Positions 51,801-64,000 of a stretch of DNA of 64,000 nucleotides are shown here, piece after piece (the first letter of the stretch is position 1; each line of letters starts with the position of its first letter). The notes under the pieces are model-generated. The model had not been told where the DNA came from and searched no databases. It worked only from the letters and a program-made list of their open reading frames with translations. Origin of the DNA: Phoronis australis (Eukaryota > Animalia > Phoronida). The stretch covers positions 158,415-222,414 of the forward strand of contig NMRA01000240.1 in assembly GCA_002633005.1 (NCBI GenBank), written 5' to 3'. A program made the translations under genes and the position numbers.

Positions 51801-52547
51801 CGATGATAGAAGAGAGCCGTGTTTCATTTAAGCAAAGAATATAGAGTCGATGGGTTTTTGACTCATAATGAAACGCATATCATCAATTCGGTCAGTTAGC
51901 GACACTATATTAAGGTGACCAATACGGAGACCTTTGGTGTATTTTAAATCAGATAGAATATCGTGACCATGATCACTCAGGATACTGCCAGAGATTGACG
52001 GGGTTGATTCATTAATGTTCTCGGTTGTGAACAACGAGTCACTAAAATTACAAAAATCGGAGAAACCATTGAGAGCCGGGACGTGGTCTGATTTGAGCCA
52101 CGTTTCTGTGGTTGCAGCTATGTCATCTTTCTGTTCAGAACCGTAGAGAACCTCACTGTCATTGGTAGCAGATTCAGTGACTAGGGAGAGTCCCACATTA
52201 AAAGCCTCATGCCAGTCAATTACATTTTCATGGTGCTTCTTTGGTTGGTAACATGGATAGACATAATGCGGGAAACAATGCAATTGTCCCAAATACATAG
52301 CAGTAGCAATGCAGTGGGTTATCACAAGATGAGTTCCTTTCAGCTGAATGCCGCACCTTGAATAGCAATCAGGAATATCCTTGGGAAGGGCGCAGAGCAG
52401 GATATCGGTATTGCAGCAAAAATTTTCATCGATACTCACAGAGTTCAGCGTCAAAATACAGTAAAACCACAAAACACAGTTCTGTGGCAGTCCACTCATC
52501 AGATCCTTTGACATTAAAGCTTTCGTTGGAACCCAAATATACATCAA
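48843..52547 (-). mobile_element. CR1/L2-group (Crack/Daphne-like) LINE: APE endonuclease + RT ORF2, disrupted
   Basis: EN motifs GLRIGHLNIVSL, IIGSVYRPP, DFN, STCLDLI, ISDH. RT motifs NYRPIS, QSGFR, FVDLKKAFDTVDH, GVPQGSILG, YADDT, KYVG. Stops and frameshifts present. 3' UTR with GAGGG..CCCTC stem and (TAAA)n tail at about 48843-48863. The 5' boundary is uncertain. Confidence 0.92.
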
Positions 52548-54811
52548 TCAGAACGGTTATGACTTTGCAATTCACTTTAGACACGGAGCGATTACTAGCA
52601 CGTTACAAGTATCGTTGACCATCACTGTCGCAATGTTCAATGTTACTTCAAAACCTTCATTACAGAGTCTAGCATTGAAATATCCAAAGAGTTTTTTTCA
52701 AGACTCACACTTTGGAAATAAGACAGCAGTTTGTGGATGATGAGGACGAGGACGATGAAGCAAATGATGGAGTAGTATAGGGACATGAAGTTCAGAAAGA
52801 AAAGAATTGGTTTTGCTTCATCCCGTTAAGTTTTTAGATAAAGCCAAATGGACTATCAAAACTTAAAGTTATGACTTTGAAACAAATTTTTCATAATAAA
52901 TAAAATATTGAGTATGGTAAATTCATTCAATGAAAGTAAGCGCTGTTGTCAACACTCACCGAGTACTCGCAGATTAGTACCTGTTGCGTGTGAAATACAG
53001 TAGTTTACTTTATTGACTGTACCACATCTGCATTGATCACGTTATCTTGGTACGGTAGTAAGTCTGTTCAGGGTTTTTCCAAATACATTTTACTATTTTA
53101 GGGCATTCTTTGGAACGTAAACTTCTACCAACATTACACATAACAGGAACGTGTAATCTGATTGATCAACACAGGTCTTGACAATCTTATGCGCAAAAGA
53201 TTTGCTTTTCTATGAAAATCTCTTCCCATCGTGTTTCACTAAAACTACGACTGACCTTGTTGGTATAACATTTGGAACAAAATGTTTTGTAATGCACTTT
53301 TAAGTATGTGATAAGTTAGGTTGAATGTCTTCGTCAAAGTAAAAACTAAATGTTAGATTGTGCCACACTATTGCTGGAATAGAATATTGTAGGTATGGAA
53401 GTTACTACCTGTCAGGTATGTAAGTTGTATGATCAAGCAATCACTGTCTAGTCTTGCTAAGTCAAGTATCTTGCGAGGTCCAATAGTTAGTTATTTAAAA
53501 CATTTTGTCTGAATCTGAATAGCCATGCTACCTTGGCTGTTGAAGACACCTTTACTAGACTCTACCTAACCTGTTCCAAAAGTATCTGGTTGAGTCTTAC
53601 AAGCTCGCTTTACTGTCTAGAACATATGAGTTTTATTATATGGGTTATGCATATAGCTTGTTTCTGACTGCTGTTGACGTTTATCTTTCTTTTCATAGTC
53701 TATCTGATTTGTAATTGAAAGGACCACCGTCTGTTTTACAGAGTTGTTTTACTATTTATATCTCAGAAGTACATGTAGCATGGACTATGCGTGAGTTATT
53801 TGAGACCAACTTCATAGCAAGATTTTTAATACAAAAGCAGATAATGAAAGTTGCAAGAAGTGTGAAGTATCTATAACATGAATTTTGAAAGACTAATCCA
53901 TTTGCTTAAACGACTTGTCTCTGCAATGTCTGAAGACTACATGAATACTCAGTAGCGACAAAAAGGAACTGTGTCGTTTTTATGACAGGTTCGTTTGATA
54001 ATGGATACAGTATTTTTCAATCTAAACTAGAAAGACTTCGACAGAACTTCGCCCATATGCCAGAATTATTTGGAATGCATGTTATTTTGCCCCAATTTTG
54101 AGTGCAAGGAGCAACACCCATGACATGCACAAATATGCTTGATTCCTCTCTTTATAAAATTGCTGAAGCCATTACGACAAATTATGTGATAAGTTTTATA
54201 AATGGTTTTAGCCTATTACAGTCCAGTGATTAATTTATCTTTGAAGCTGGGATATGCAAGATCAAATACATTTTGAAACTAATTCAAGGATACTTCTTTG
54301 ATTCACTTACATTGTACAGCATGACATGCCTGAAAAGCGCATGAGTCAGGATCCTGCTAAACATTTTCATTAAATCCAAGTGTAATCCCACAAGTGTAAA
54401 GCGCGTGCTGACAATGACCAGCTGTATTGCTTTCAACGGCTATTTTATGGAGCTGTAAGTATTGTTGTACTTAGTTTTAACAATCATTATCGTAAACTGA
54501 ACTATTAAAGTTGGGACAAACTGAATTTGTCCCTGGTGTTTAATAAATCACTTTACTTGATTTTCCATCAGCATCTGCCAAATATAATATTCAGCACCTC
54601 ACTTGTAAGACACAAGCCCAAACACACGGCAAATATAATGCGTTTTTCCCGTGAAAGTTAATGGTTTATTGTTTTACCATTTCCCCGAACATACTTATGT
54701 TCATGCTCCCAAGTAACACCAACATGAGAAGATCAAGATAAACAATGAAATCCAACATGTATTTGGTTCAGATCTCAAATAACACCCACTGTACGGTTAC
54801 ACTGTGTTTAA

Positions 54812-57330
54812 AGACATAATTTCACACCAAAACAACAGTTACTGCTTTTGAAAGCAAATAATACCCAAAGCACTGTATGAATCTGTTGCACAGGGCAGTT
54901 CTTGTCCGCACAGCTTGGTTAATGAGAAAAGCCCAGCAGTAATAACCTCATCCGACTTCAGCAAAGTCAATTCTGAGAACAGGCATAATCATCTGTGATG
55001 TCAGAACAAGAAGACAGCTGCGTATTGCAATGGCTACAAGCAGTCAACCCTCCAAAATTTTGCTTGCTTCGTATGATAATTCCTTGCATCTCCTTTTGTT
55101 GGCATAATTAAATTGTTTTTCGGCATGGGGATGTAAATACCATTGTATCACAGATAACCAAGCCTAAAACAAATATTGCAGTTTTCATTTTTTTCATTTT
55201 AAGCAGTGAGTAAAAAGGGTGTCAGCTTTCAATTTAGCCACGTATGCAATTGAAATTTGAGTAGAGGTGGCAATCTTAATGACAGAATTACAAGAACACT
55301 TGAAATGGAATTCTTCTGAAGTTGCTTTTTAAATTCATGTGTTAATCTATTGAAATAATAATAAACCCAATGCATCAACAAATCTTACCTGAAGATGCCA
55401 TTGAACGTATTATTTCAGCCGTTCATTACGGCAAGTTAATTCTATCATGCTTTGATCACTGAGTCATAGAAATCAAAGAACAAATCAGAGGACGATTATG
55501 ATTTAATCCACATTTCAAATTAAAATCCAGTGCTTTCAGTCGGAATTATATATTTGGTTTCTACAGTGAAAGACTCAAGGTACTTGAAGGTTATCGCTAC
55601 TGTACATAAGTCACAACTGAAATGATCTCAGTACAGTAAAGTTTATATGTGAGCCCAAATGATCTAATCTTTTACAAAATAAGTAACTTAGACTGCACAG
55701 TACTTTAGAACATTTAAGTCTTACAAACGTTATTCAACAAAAGACAAATGTACATGATATGCAAGTGGATATGCCTAACTATTACCATGGCGACCAGGTG
55801 TTTCCTTACACTAGAATTCGACAAGCATGTTTTGAAAAAGTACGAAATTACACGGAAAAAGGTTTGGAGGCTGAAAACTTCACAATCCAACATAGCCTAT
55901 TACTCTAATAAAGAGCCTTTACATTTTGTTGCCTTGATAACTTGAATTTAAAAAAGCAAAAAGTTACAACGCATGTATTAAAAGAAAGATTTATACGTAA
56001 ATTTTAGAAAAATATAAATTATGTTGTGACACATAATCAAACCTTGAAGCGCAATTGACTTTCAAAGAAAAAACGATTTCAAAATTTTTTCGACTATTTT
56101 TAAGCTGAGTGTATGGTTAACTGAATGGGATATTCACACTACAATAATTAGAGTATTCCTTATATTTTTGCACAAAATTATAACCATTGTGCAAAGTTGC
56201 TTTTTATAGCAGCTTTTATCAAAATGAGACTAAGTCCAACGGGAATTGTGAGCATTTTTGTCACTCAATAAGTAACATCTAAATGGCTGAAAGCCAATGA
56301 AAACTATTGAAGCCCTCAGGATAGTAAGTATAGATCTTTCTCACTAAAATTCATCGCAATTTATTGGTGAAAATAATTTATACACTGTTTAACTGTTTTA
56401 AACTCGTAACTTATGCCGCTGTTGTCCAAGATGGCCCACCCGATCCAAACAAATAACTCAAATTTCACCTCCAAAATTTGCAATAAATGTGCACTGCCTA
56501 ACCAAATTTTGATATTTTTTTAATTTTCATTGAGTAGGATGCATTATCTTTCCGGTTATATTGAAGTATTTTTGCAAATCGAAAAAAATGGTCGGACAGC
56601 CCTACTGTTACTGTTCATTCAGTCCAGCTAGCAATCCACTAGGCTAAAATTCAATGGATTGCAACAGCAGGTAACGAGCATCAAGCTATTCAGCACATCC
56701 ACCTACAAACACTTACCGGTATGTTGCAGAAACTCTAATTCAATAGAAAGGCAATCTACAGGCAACTTCTAGCACTAATCCTGTCCGACAGTGTCCGTCG
56801 ATGCTACCTGTCGTTTTCAATGTTAGGTTGTCAATACTAGCTCAAGGCCCACTAGCTTCTGGAAAGCGATGGCATGTACCGTTTATAATACTCTCTAAAA
56901 GTTCACACATCCTGGTTTGCAACTAAACTCTGATTACAGGCTGTCGTTCTAGAAGCAGTCCATACAAAATATGTTCGCTACATACTACCGAATACGGCAA
57001 ACGCCTCACTCGTGGTAATCACAAAGTCTTCTCCTTGCGACGCAGTCCTGGATCAGTGAGAAACTTGTGCAAAGGTACCCCAGCCCTTGGCGTATTGCCA
57101 CAGCCTACAACTACACAACGGTCAGGCATTTTACTTCAAATATTTACTCTAGTTTAAATCGAAAAATCTGTCTTCATTTGAAAAAGTACATGTGTACTCC
57201 TCAAGGCACACAGCAATGGACAATGTGGACTCAGTCAGGCTGACTCTGCAATGTTCGGGTTGCTACTAGCTACTGTAAAATGTTCATGGCAACACACAAG
57301 ACCACGTGCATATGTGTCGCATTTCAGAGA
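54812..57330. mobile_element. Kolobok-type element (family B, copy 2, truncated on the right)
   Basis: TTAA|AGACATAATTTCAC left end; colinear with 15481-18010 over about 2.5 kb. Confidence 0.75.
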
Positions 57331-57899
57331 ATTAATGGCCATAGATTTGACGACGTGATATTTTTGGATAAACTTATTTTTGTTTTGATACCAATTTAGT
57401 TTGGTGGCAAAATACAGTTTTTTTGAAACATAACTGCATTGAAGCACTTTTCAAACACTTCCCCAACCGAATACACTCAAATAGTGTCGAAACGTCCACA
57501 AAAATATATTGGGAAAATAAAAAGTGCACTTTATGTCACTGAATAAAATCACGGGGCCAAAATGCAAAAGTTTTGACATGCTTCCGTGGCGTGGAAGAAA
57601 CACTTAAACGAAACAAAGCTGTGTAGGAAAAATTGTGTCATTAACTTTAACAGACGAAAACTAGAGCGGTGATCCCTATAACGTCCAGATGATTGTTTTT
57701 TTCTGTGGTTAAGTGCCGTGAGTAAAAAAGTGCACAAAGTACCGGCATAGTTAAATTTTGGTAGTAGACAAAGACCTTTGTCTCGTTTTCTTCTTTTTCG
57801 GAGTTTTTGTTTCTCTGAGGCGGATCCTTTTGCCCACTTCGCCAAATGGAGGGCTCGTTCGAGCCCCCCAAACCCTCTGGGTGGGTGCATGATACAGTT

Positions 57900-58588
57900 A
57901 ATGTGGCAGTATCGTTTTGGGTGAGCTCATGGGTGTTCATCACAAATTCCCAGTGTAATCTCAAAAAAGTATTAACCTCGGTTGGAAGAGGACGATTTCT
58001 ACGGAACTGTAAACGTTATTAGGCAAAAAGATAGACCACTAAATGCTTTCTTCAACTTACGAACTCAAACACAGGGAAGAGACATTTTAATAATGCTCGA
58101 TAAACATATAGTTGCATTCAGCGAAACAGCTCCTGGTACGAATCACGATAACGATGCGCTTCAGCTCAGATAGTCAGAAGGGATATCTTAAACATAAGCA
58201 AATTCGTTTGATGGAAACCTCAAACCCGAATTTGGAACAGATGCATTTCCATTCATGGCCAGGTCTCGGAAAAGATTATTCTTGGAGGAACAAACATTCA
58301 ACACAAAATATACATGCCAAAATCCTGGTAAAAACTGCGCGGTTCCCGTCTCGGCTATTGGTTTTAAGTTGTACAAGTCCTTTGTTGAGCCCTTTCAAGA
58401 CTCTACCCGCCGCGCTAAATCCTTGAAGCTCCACAAGTGTTATTCTTGTTAAAACGAGACAATCTCTCAAAGCATTGGTCTCTGTGTTTCATGCACAAGA
58501 ACTCTACACATGACTGACGGCATTTGTAAGCAAAATAATGACAGGTGTGTATGTCCAGCGTCAATAGAGTCGGATCTATTCAGAGTAG
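57900..58588 (+). pseudogene. Candidate decayed large exon (VWA-motif remnants + Cys-rich tail), possible paralog of exon 1
   Basis: One frame (57982-58588, with stops) contains DILIMLD, IVAFSETA, GTNHDNDAL, FDG, then Cys-rich sequence ..GICKQNNDRCVCPAS..; ends at a phase-1 donor G|GTGCGT. Confidence 0.4.
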
Positions 58589-59294
58589 GTGCGTTAAAAC
58601 GGCATTGATCAAAACCTGCATTCAAGAAATGCCACATAATCGTTTCATGACACTGCTATTTTACTAATGCAGTTCCCAAGCTGATGTATTTATCCCATAC
58701 GCTTCGAATTCATATATTTTCCGGCAGATTTTTTATTACTTCACTCAGACTGTTCACGTGGTGGATCTCATCCTTAAACTATGTACTTGCGCGTTAGGTT
58801 GCAAGTTTTCTCTTGTAAAAGAAACAGTCTTAATGTAACGATTTATTGCTCGAAAAGAGCAAACAAAGATGAAAACAAGGGTAACTGTGCACTGAACTTG
58901 TAACATCTCTTGAAATTAGTTAAATAACGACAACATTTGATATTGTATTTATCGAGGAATCGGCGTTTGATTTGCAGACGATATATTTAGCAATTAAAAA
59001 CTGAAAGAGAACTGTTGTGTAATTAACAATCCTATTCCAGATGTTACAATTGGGACCTGATTGCATGTAGAGTGTTATTTACACTGCTGCAATTGTATTA
59101 CTTTACACTTTTTTGGAAAGTTTGATGATCGAACCTTCTAGCGACGTCGAGTCGACATTGAAATACCTTGTGAACTTTCCATGTCACAGATCACTGTTCA
59201 AGTAGTGCGGGAGGTGAATACGTAAAACATTATTACATGGTTGTATCGCACTCGACTAATTCATTGCGTATGGGATAAATTATCACAGGCTTTG

Positions 59295-60290
59295 AAAACG
59301 TTAGGAGATTAGACGTGGTTTGGGACATCGAAAAACCTAACAGCTTAAAAATTACAACTCCACGAAAAAGGGAACCCGGCAGTCGTGTAAAGTTGGCGAG
59401 CTCAACCCAAATTCAAAAAAACTAGAACAGTTTCGTTAGAGTAGCTTAAAACAAGCATGAATTGTACCTTTTGCTTTCAGCTTACAATGTCGAGCTTGAT
59501 ACCACAGTGACGATTGTTGTACGGACTCAAGGGAATGTACTTGTTTCCAATGAACCCCTCGATGCTATGAACATGATTGCTCCTTGTAACCACGGAGAAG
59601 TTGACACCAGACTGCACGCACTACATTCTTCAAGTAGCGGGCAATGATGTGATGATGCTACCAATTTTTCGCTGTTTTACCTTGCAGTTGAAGATTTGTG
59701 GGCTGCCTTCGGGGTGAAAAAAACTGCTCGATAATCCCAACTTACGATATTTCATCACCTCTTGGACCCGTGATGTTAAAGTCGCTTCTATTTTCACGCT
59801 TCCACGTGATTTCTGTTTGTGATACCCCATCGTCATTCGATTTCAATGGAAAGAAGAAAGCATGGGGCACATGGAAGACTTTCTGTGAAGCGACAGCAAC
59901 ATTTCACACACTGTCAAACAGGCCAATCTCAGTTTCTGATAAAGATTGTTTGTATTGTTATATGACAGGAAAATGAGTGTTCTCAAGTTACCATTTCTTG
60001 GAAGATTGTGTTTGCAAAAAGGACAACAAATACATGTACATCGATTTCCACCAACTGAGACAGCCTTAAGAAAACACAAGGAAAGAGCGATTTACCAGGC
60101 AAATATTAGAATCTAGCTTTCTTTGCACAAAAACAACTTCCAAAGCTAGATGACTGATGTAAGAGACAAAGTAAGTCAATTGGCATCACTATGGTCTCTC
60201 CTACCAGAAGCTGGAAGGAACACTTCTGATGTGGATCGTGAAAACCACCGTGTCAGTGTTTGGCAGCTGCCCTACTATGCTCATACCCAT
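59295..60290 (+). mobile_element. AcademX-type transposase remnant (XPG/FEN1-like nuclease domain + Cys cluster)
   Basis: RLDVVWD..SLK..R.KRG, CNHGEVDTRL (C.HEEADTR), FHVISVCDTPSSF..GKKKAW..W, PPTETALRKH..RAIYQA, WSLLPEA, PCQC..; many stops and frameshifts. Confidence 0.7.
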
Positions 60291-62413
60291 ACCAACTGTA
60301 CATCATTTCCCGTCGCCCATTGGTAACTTACAGGGAAGTGGTGGTCATCATGTTTAAATTCAAGATGGCGCTCACACTAAGGATCAGATGACGTTTCTGT
60401 TTTGATCTTTGAAAACAAAGAGTGAACGATTTACCTTAACTTACTAGACTTTAGTATTATTCCTTGAGTAAGATTAACAAGCTCATAAACCTTGGAATTT
60501 TGCCATCCGTCTGTGCCTTTGTTAGGCTTTTGACTTTCACTGTTGGTTGTAAAAGGTGACTATGCACTTACTGTTTGTAATATACGCATGCATAGCTTTA
60601 GCTGTAAATGAAAGCAAGTTTAGCCCGTTAAATTTAGTTTTCATTTGGAACTCGATTCTGCACGACGCCTTTGAATTCACCGGCACCATTGTTAGGATGA
60701 CCGAGTTCTCTGAGCAAAATGCGAGATATTCCTGAGTAATATGAAGCTGATAATAATTTGTTTGTTGTCATTTTTGTCACGCAGATTCTATTAAAGATTG
60801 AAGAAAAATTGGACATGCTCTATTCCAATCCATAAGTCGTATACCGCTCTTTCGCCTGAAAAGCAAGGTGGAATCGGAGCCGTTTTCGAAGTTTCCATAC
60901 AATCCCATTAGGCGCATACGACAGCGATTACGTAACGCATATAGACAGTGCTTTCCAATCGAGTTGAGACCTGCACAAGGAATGGTTTCAATTAAATGTA
61001 AATTTTACGGATTTAGAGATTTGACAGAAATACTATAGAAACTGTGAAATCGCTAGCAGTGTAGCTATATGGCAGCATTGGGGGCTTATCAGTCTTTAAT
61101 TTGTCGCAGTACATGTCCCAACCGTTCAAAACTTAATTTTTCGACTAGGGTCACTTGACGAAAAAGGTGGTGGGGCTTTTTGGAAACACAGAAATCAAGT
61201 CCAAGTTGGGAAACACGTTGATTAATCGGCCTCTTAGTTATTTGATGGACGGCAAGGTTAGTACAAGCCTGCTTTGATATGCTTAAAATCAACATTTACG
61301 GTTGTTTTGAGACGTGGCTACTTGATCAACGAACCGTTGTTAATAGCAATGCAATCGTGCATTCAATACCTTAGAACGAGAAAATAGAAGCAAACGGACA
61401 TCAATACCCAATCTGGAAATCCGCCCTACATGAAATTCACTTTTAGAGTGCATTATGGGTAATCTCTGTACCAGTCCAATCGTCCAGCGTTGACAAATTA
61501 GGCATAAAAACGTCTGTTTGTTTGTTTATACATGTAGATGTAGAATATGGTACTTTCAACAAATTTTGGTGGAAAGAGATTAAAGGAAATATATTGTTGG
61601 TGACATTTTTTGATGCTGTAGATAATTAGTCTAATTAAAAGCAACGTTATGCAATTTTAGTGACTAGTGTATAATTAATCAAACATATTGGTTGTTTACC
61701 AAAATTTGTAACCTCCTAGGAGTTCATGGGAAGTGATTCACCACATGTCTGTTACCAGTTGTGGGATGTTTATAATAACAATTGTGCCTTGTTTTGCAAG
61801 TTGTGTAACTTAAAGTCTTTGAAAACCTGTCAACTTTGGGATGAGGCATTTCCGACAACAACAATAATCTGTTATTTGTCTATCGGAATTACTCAACTCT
61901 TGATTGTCCTGCACCATAATTGGTAATGACTTGGGTTCATTGCTGGAGTCCAGCAGATTGATTCACAGAATTGTTTTGGAACTAGATGTAGCACTTTGGA
62001 GGAAGTTTGTGGGTTTTCATGTTTTGAATTATCTCGCCCACCTTTCTTGTGTTCAGTATAAATATTCTGTTAGCTACTCTAGAATTCATATTGCTTGGAG
62101 AGAGGCTGCTGCTTGCTTCAAAAATATCACAGATACCCAGCGTTGGTAAGAGACAACTTTGTTTCTTGATGTTTTACTATAAACTTTGACTTTAGAAACA
62201 ACTATTCTCAGTTCTTTGATTATTTGATTAACTCATAGAAAGTGTTGTAATAGAAATTGTTGTAACTACAAGTTTCTGCTAACTATTGTTTGCCAAATTG
62301 TGAGTTGATATAATATTATTAGATATGCAATTTTCTGTATTTTAGTATGGTGTATTTGCTACTTTAATTTGTATTAGATATTGTATTATCTTTATTAATT
62401 GTTTCAGGTTTAA

Positions 62414-62483
62414 CCGTATCGTTTCGTATCGTAAGATAGTAGATCGTATCTTATCGTATCGTATCTTATCGTATCATATCATA
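62414..62483. repeat. (TATCG/TATCT)n pentanucleotide microsatellite
   Basis: Directly visible. Confidence 0.85.
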
Positions 62484-63546
62484 AATAAAGTTTTATGAGC
62501 CAATGTTACGGTATTATTATTATACGCGTGTAAACCGCTGGGTCAACAACAACAACAAGAGAGACATCTAATGTGCGTGCGACTGTACGCTACATATATG
62601 TTGATTGCTGTCTTGCTATTTTGCATGTTTATAAGCAAATTTAGCGGTTTATGTATTTAATCGAACCCCTGGCCGGGCTGGGCATGTCCTGGGCAAGACA
62701 GAGTTGACGAACACAAGTGAGCGAAACGCTGCAAGATGCCAAAATGTCCTTTTCGGTTATTTTTTCTCTACACATCGTCACAATTTCAGCCAGAAACAAC
62801 ATGACCTGCAACAAGCAGTGCAGATGAACGATAGCAGAATGCTCGATTGAAGTCGAACTTGCGCATTCGCATTTACATTTGCACATCGGATATTGAAAAT
62901 TTCTTCCTTCGACGAACTTGAATGCGACGTATGAACGTACCCAGCACCAATGTGTAATGTCTACTAACACTCAAGTTTCTTGTACAATCTTGTGCTGTAT
63001 CCGTCTATCTTTGATTTTCTGCCTGAAACTGAAGAACGTAGCATGGACCAATACTAAGTTTTCAGTGTGTTATGTCAGTGAGTGGTCTCAGATTTGGAAG
63101 TCAGTTCCATGATTACAGTAGTTAACTTAAAGTGAAACGTTTAGAAAAAGTTGCACATGGCCAGATGTTGCTCGGGTTAACATTAAGTGCTCATTTTAGT
63201 ATTTCCGTACAATAAGATTTAATTTTGGTGTGGTCAATACAAACAAAAACTATGTAGATTATAATGCTATTGAATTGCTACTTTTTACCATTTAAATGGG
63301 ATCGGATGCCTCAAGTTCGTTTTTGGATGGAACTCTCCCCCTGCACAAGCAGAATGATTCGTTGATGCAGTTACCAACAAGAACACGCGGCGCTGTCTCA
63401 TGACGTTTTAAGAACAATCCTGTTAATAAATAACGTCGATGTAATTGCTAACCATTTGATACCCGTCTTATTGACTTTCAAATTTTCATACATGAGTTCA
63501 CAGTCAAATTGTTTTTGTAATACATGGTGATATTTTGTAATTTCAG

Positions 63547-63678
63547 TTGACGATACTGTTCCATGTCTAGGCGGTGGCAAAAAGTGTTTTACAAATGCTG
63601 GCTGTTTTGTCGACGAGAATGGTAAACGAGAATGCAAGTGTAAGAAGAATTATCTAAGGAGTGGAAACAAGTGTATAG
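63547..63678 (+). CDS. 6-Cys module exon F (phase 1-1, 132 bp); belongs to the same gene or to a downstream paralog
   Basis: ATTTCAG acceptor, GTACAA donor; DDTVPCLGGGKKCFTNAGCFVDENGKRECKCKKNYLRSGNKCI. Confidence 0.82.
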
Positions 63679-64000
63679 GTACAATCTAAGTGATTGCTTA
63701 GTAATCTTACTGTCACACGTCGTGTCGAAGCAGATATATATTCGAATTGCATTTATTATACCGCTGTCATGTGGCAATATACAGTGTACCAAGGTTTCAG
63801 AAGGCAAATCGAACGGCAATATTTTGTCGGAATCTATTTTGTTGAGTAAATGAAAAGGTAAGTAGTAGAATAATGTCTTTTATTAAGATGACAGAATTGA
63901 GTACCCTAGCTTCAACAGACAGGGATGATTAAGACATTCCTTACTAGTTGTTTGGAACCTGGCATTACGTGATAGGGCCAGGAAACTACATGTACTGTAT

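Noticed and set aside
171-63853. Most 60-140 aa ORFs in the supplied track
   Set aside because: They are antisense or alternate frames of TEs, or chance ORFs in AT-rich DNA, with no recognisable motifs.

Overview
Eukaryotic, AT-rich, transposon-dense genomic DNA, most consistent with a marine invertebrate (spiralian-like repeat content; this is inference). No prokaryotic operons, rRNA, tRNA or CRISPR arrays are supportable. The main host feature is a + strand spliced gene that the ORF track mostly misses. A large first exon (10694-11591) encodes a signal peptide and a VWA domain with a non-canonical MIDAS. It is followed by at least five or six small symmetric phase-1 exons (19291, 20184, 22996, 35504, 37799, 63547), each encoding one highly divergent 6-Cys EGF/EB-like module. 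A decayed second large exon at about 57900-58588 may mark a tandem paralog. The rest is a nested set of dead elements: an intronless RBMX2 pseudogene split by an RNase H-bearing non-LTR retrotransposon with a perfect TSD, several Kolobok (TTAA) elements, two inverted ISL2EU-type elements (THAP + SAP/SWIM/YqaJ), MULE-like elements, a solo LTR, a Helentron-type HINE, a CR1/L2-group LINE, and Penelope and AcademX remnants. Also notable are recurrent TA-to-TACATGTA footprints and an exact 162-bp templated insertion inside an 89-bp duplication. All comparisons were made by eye.
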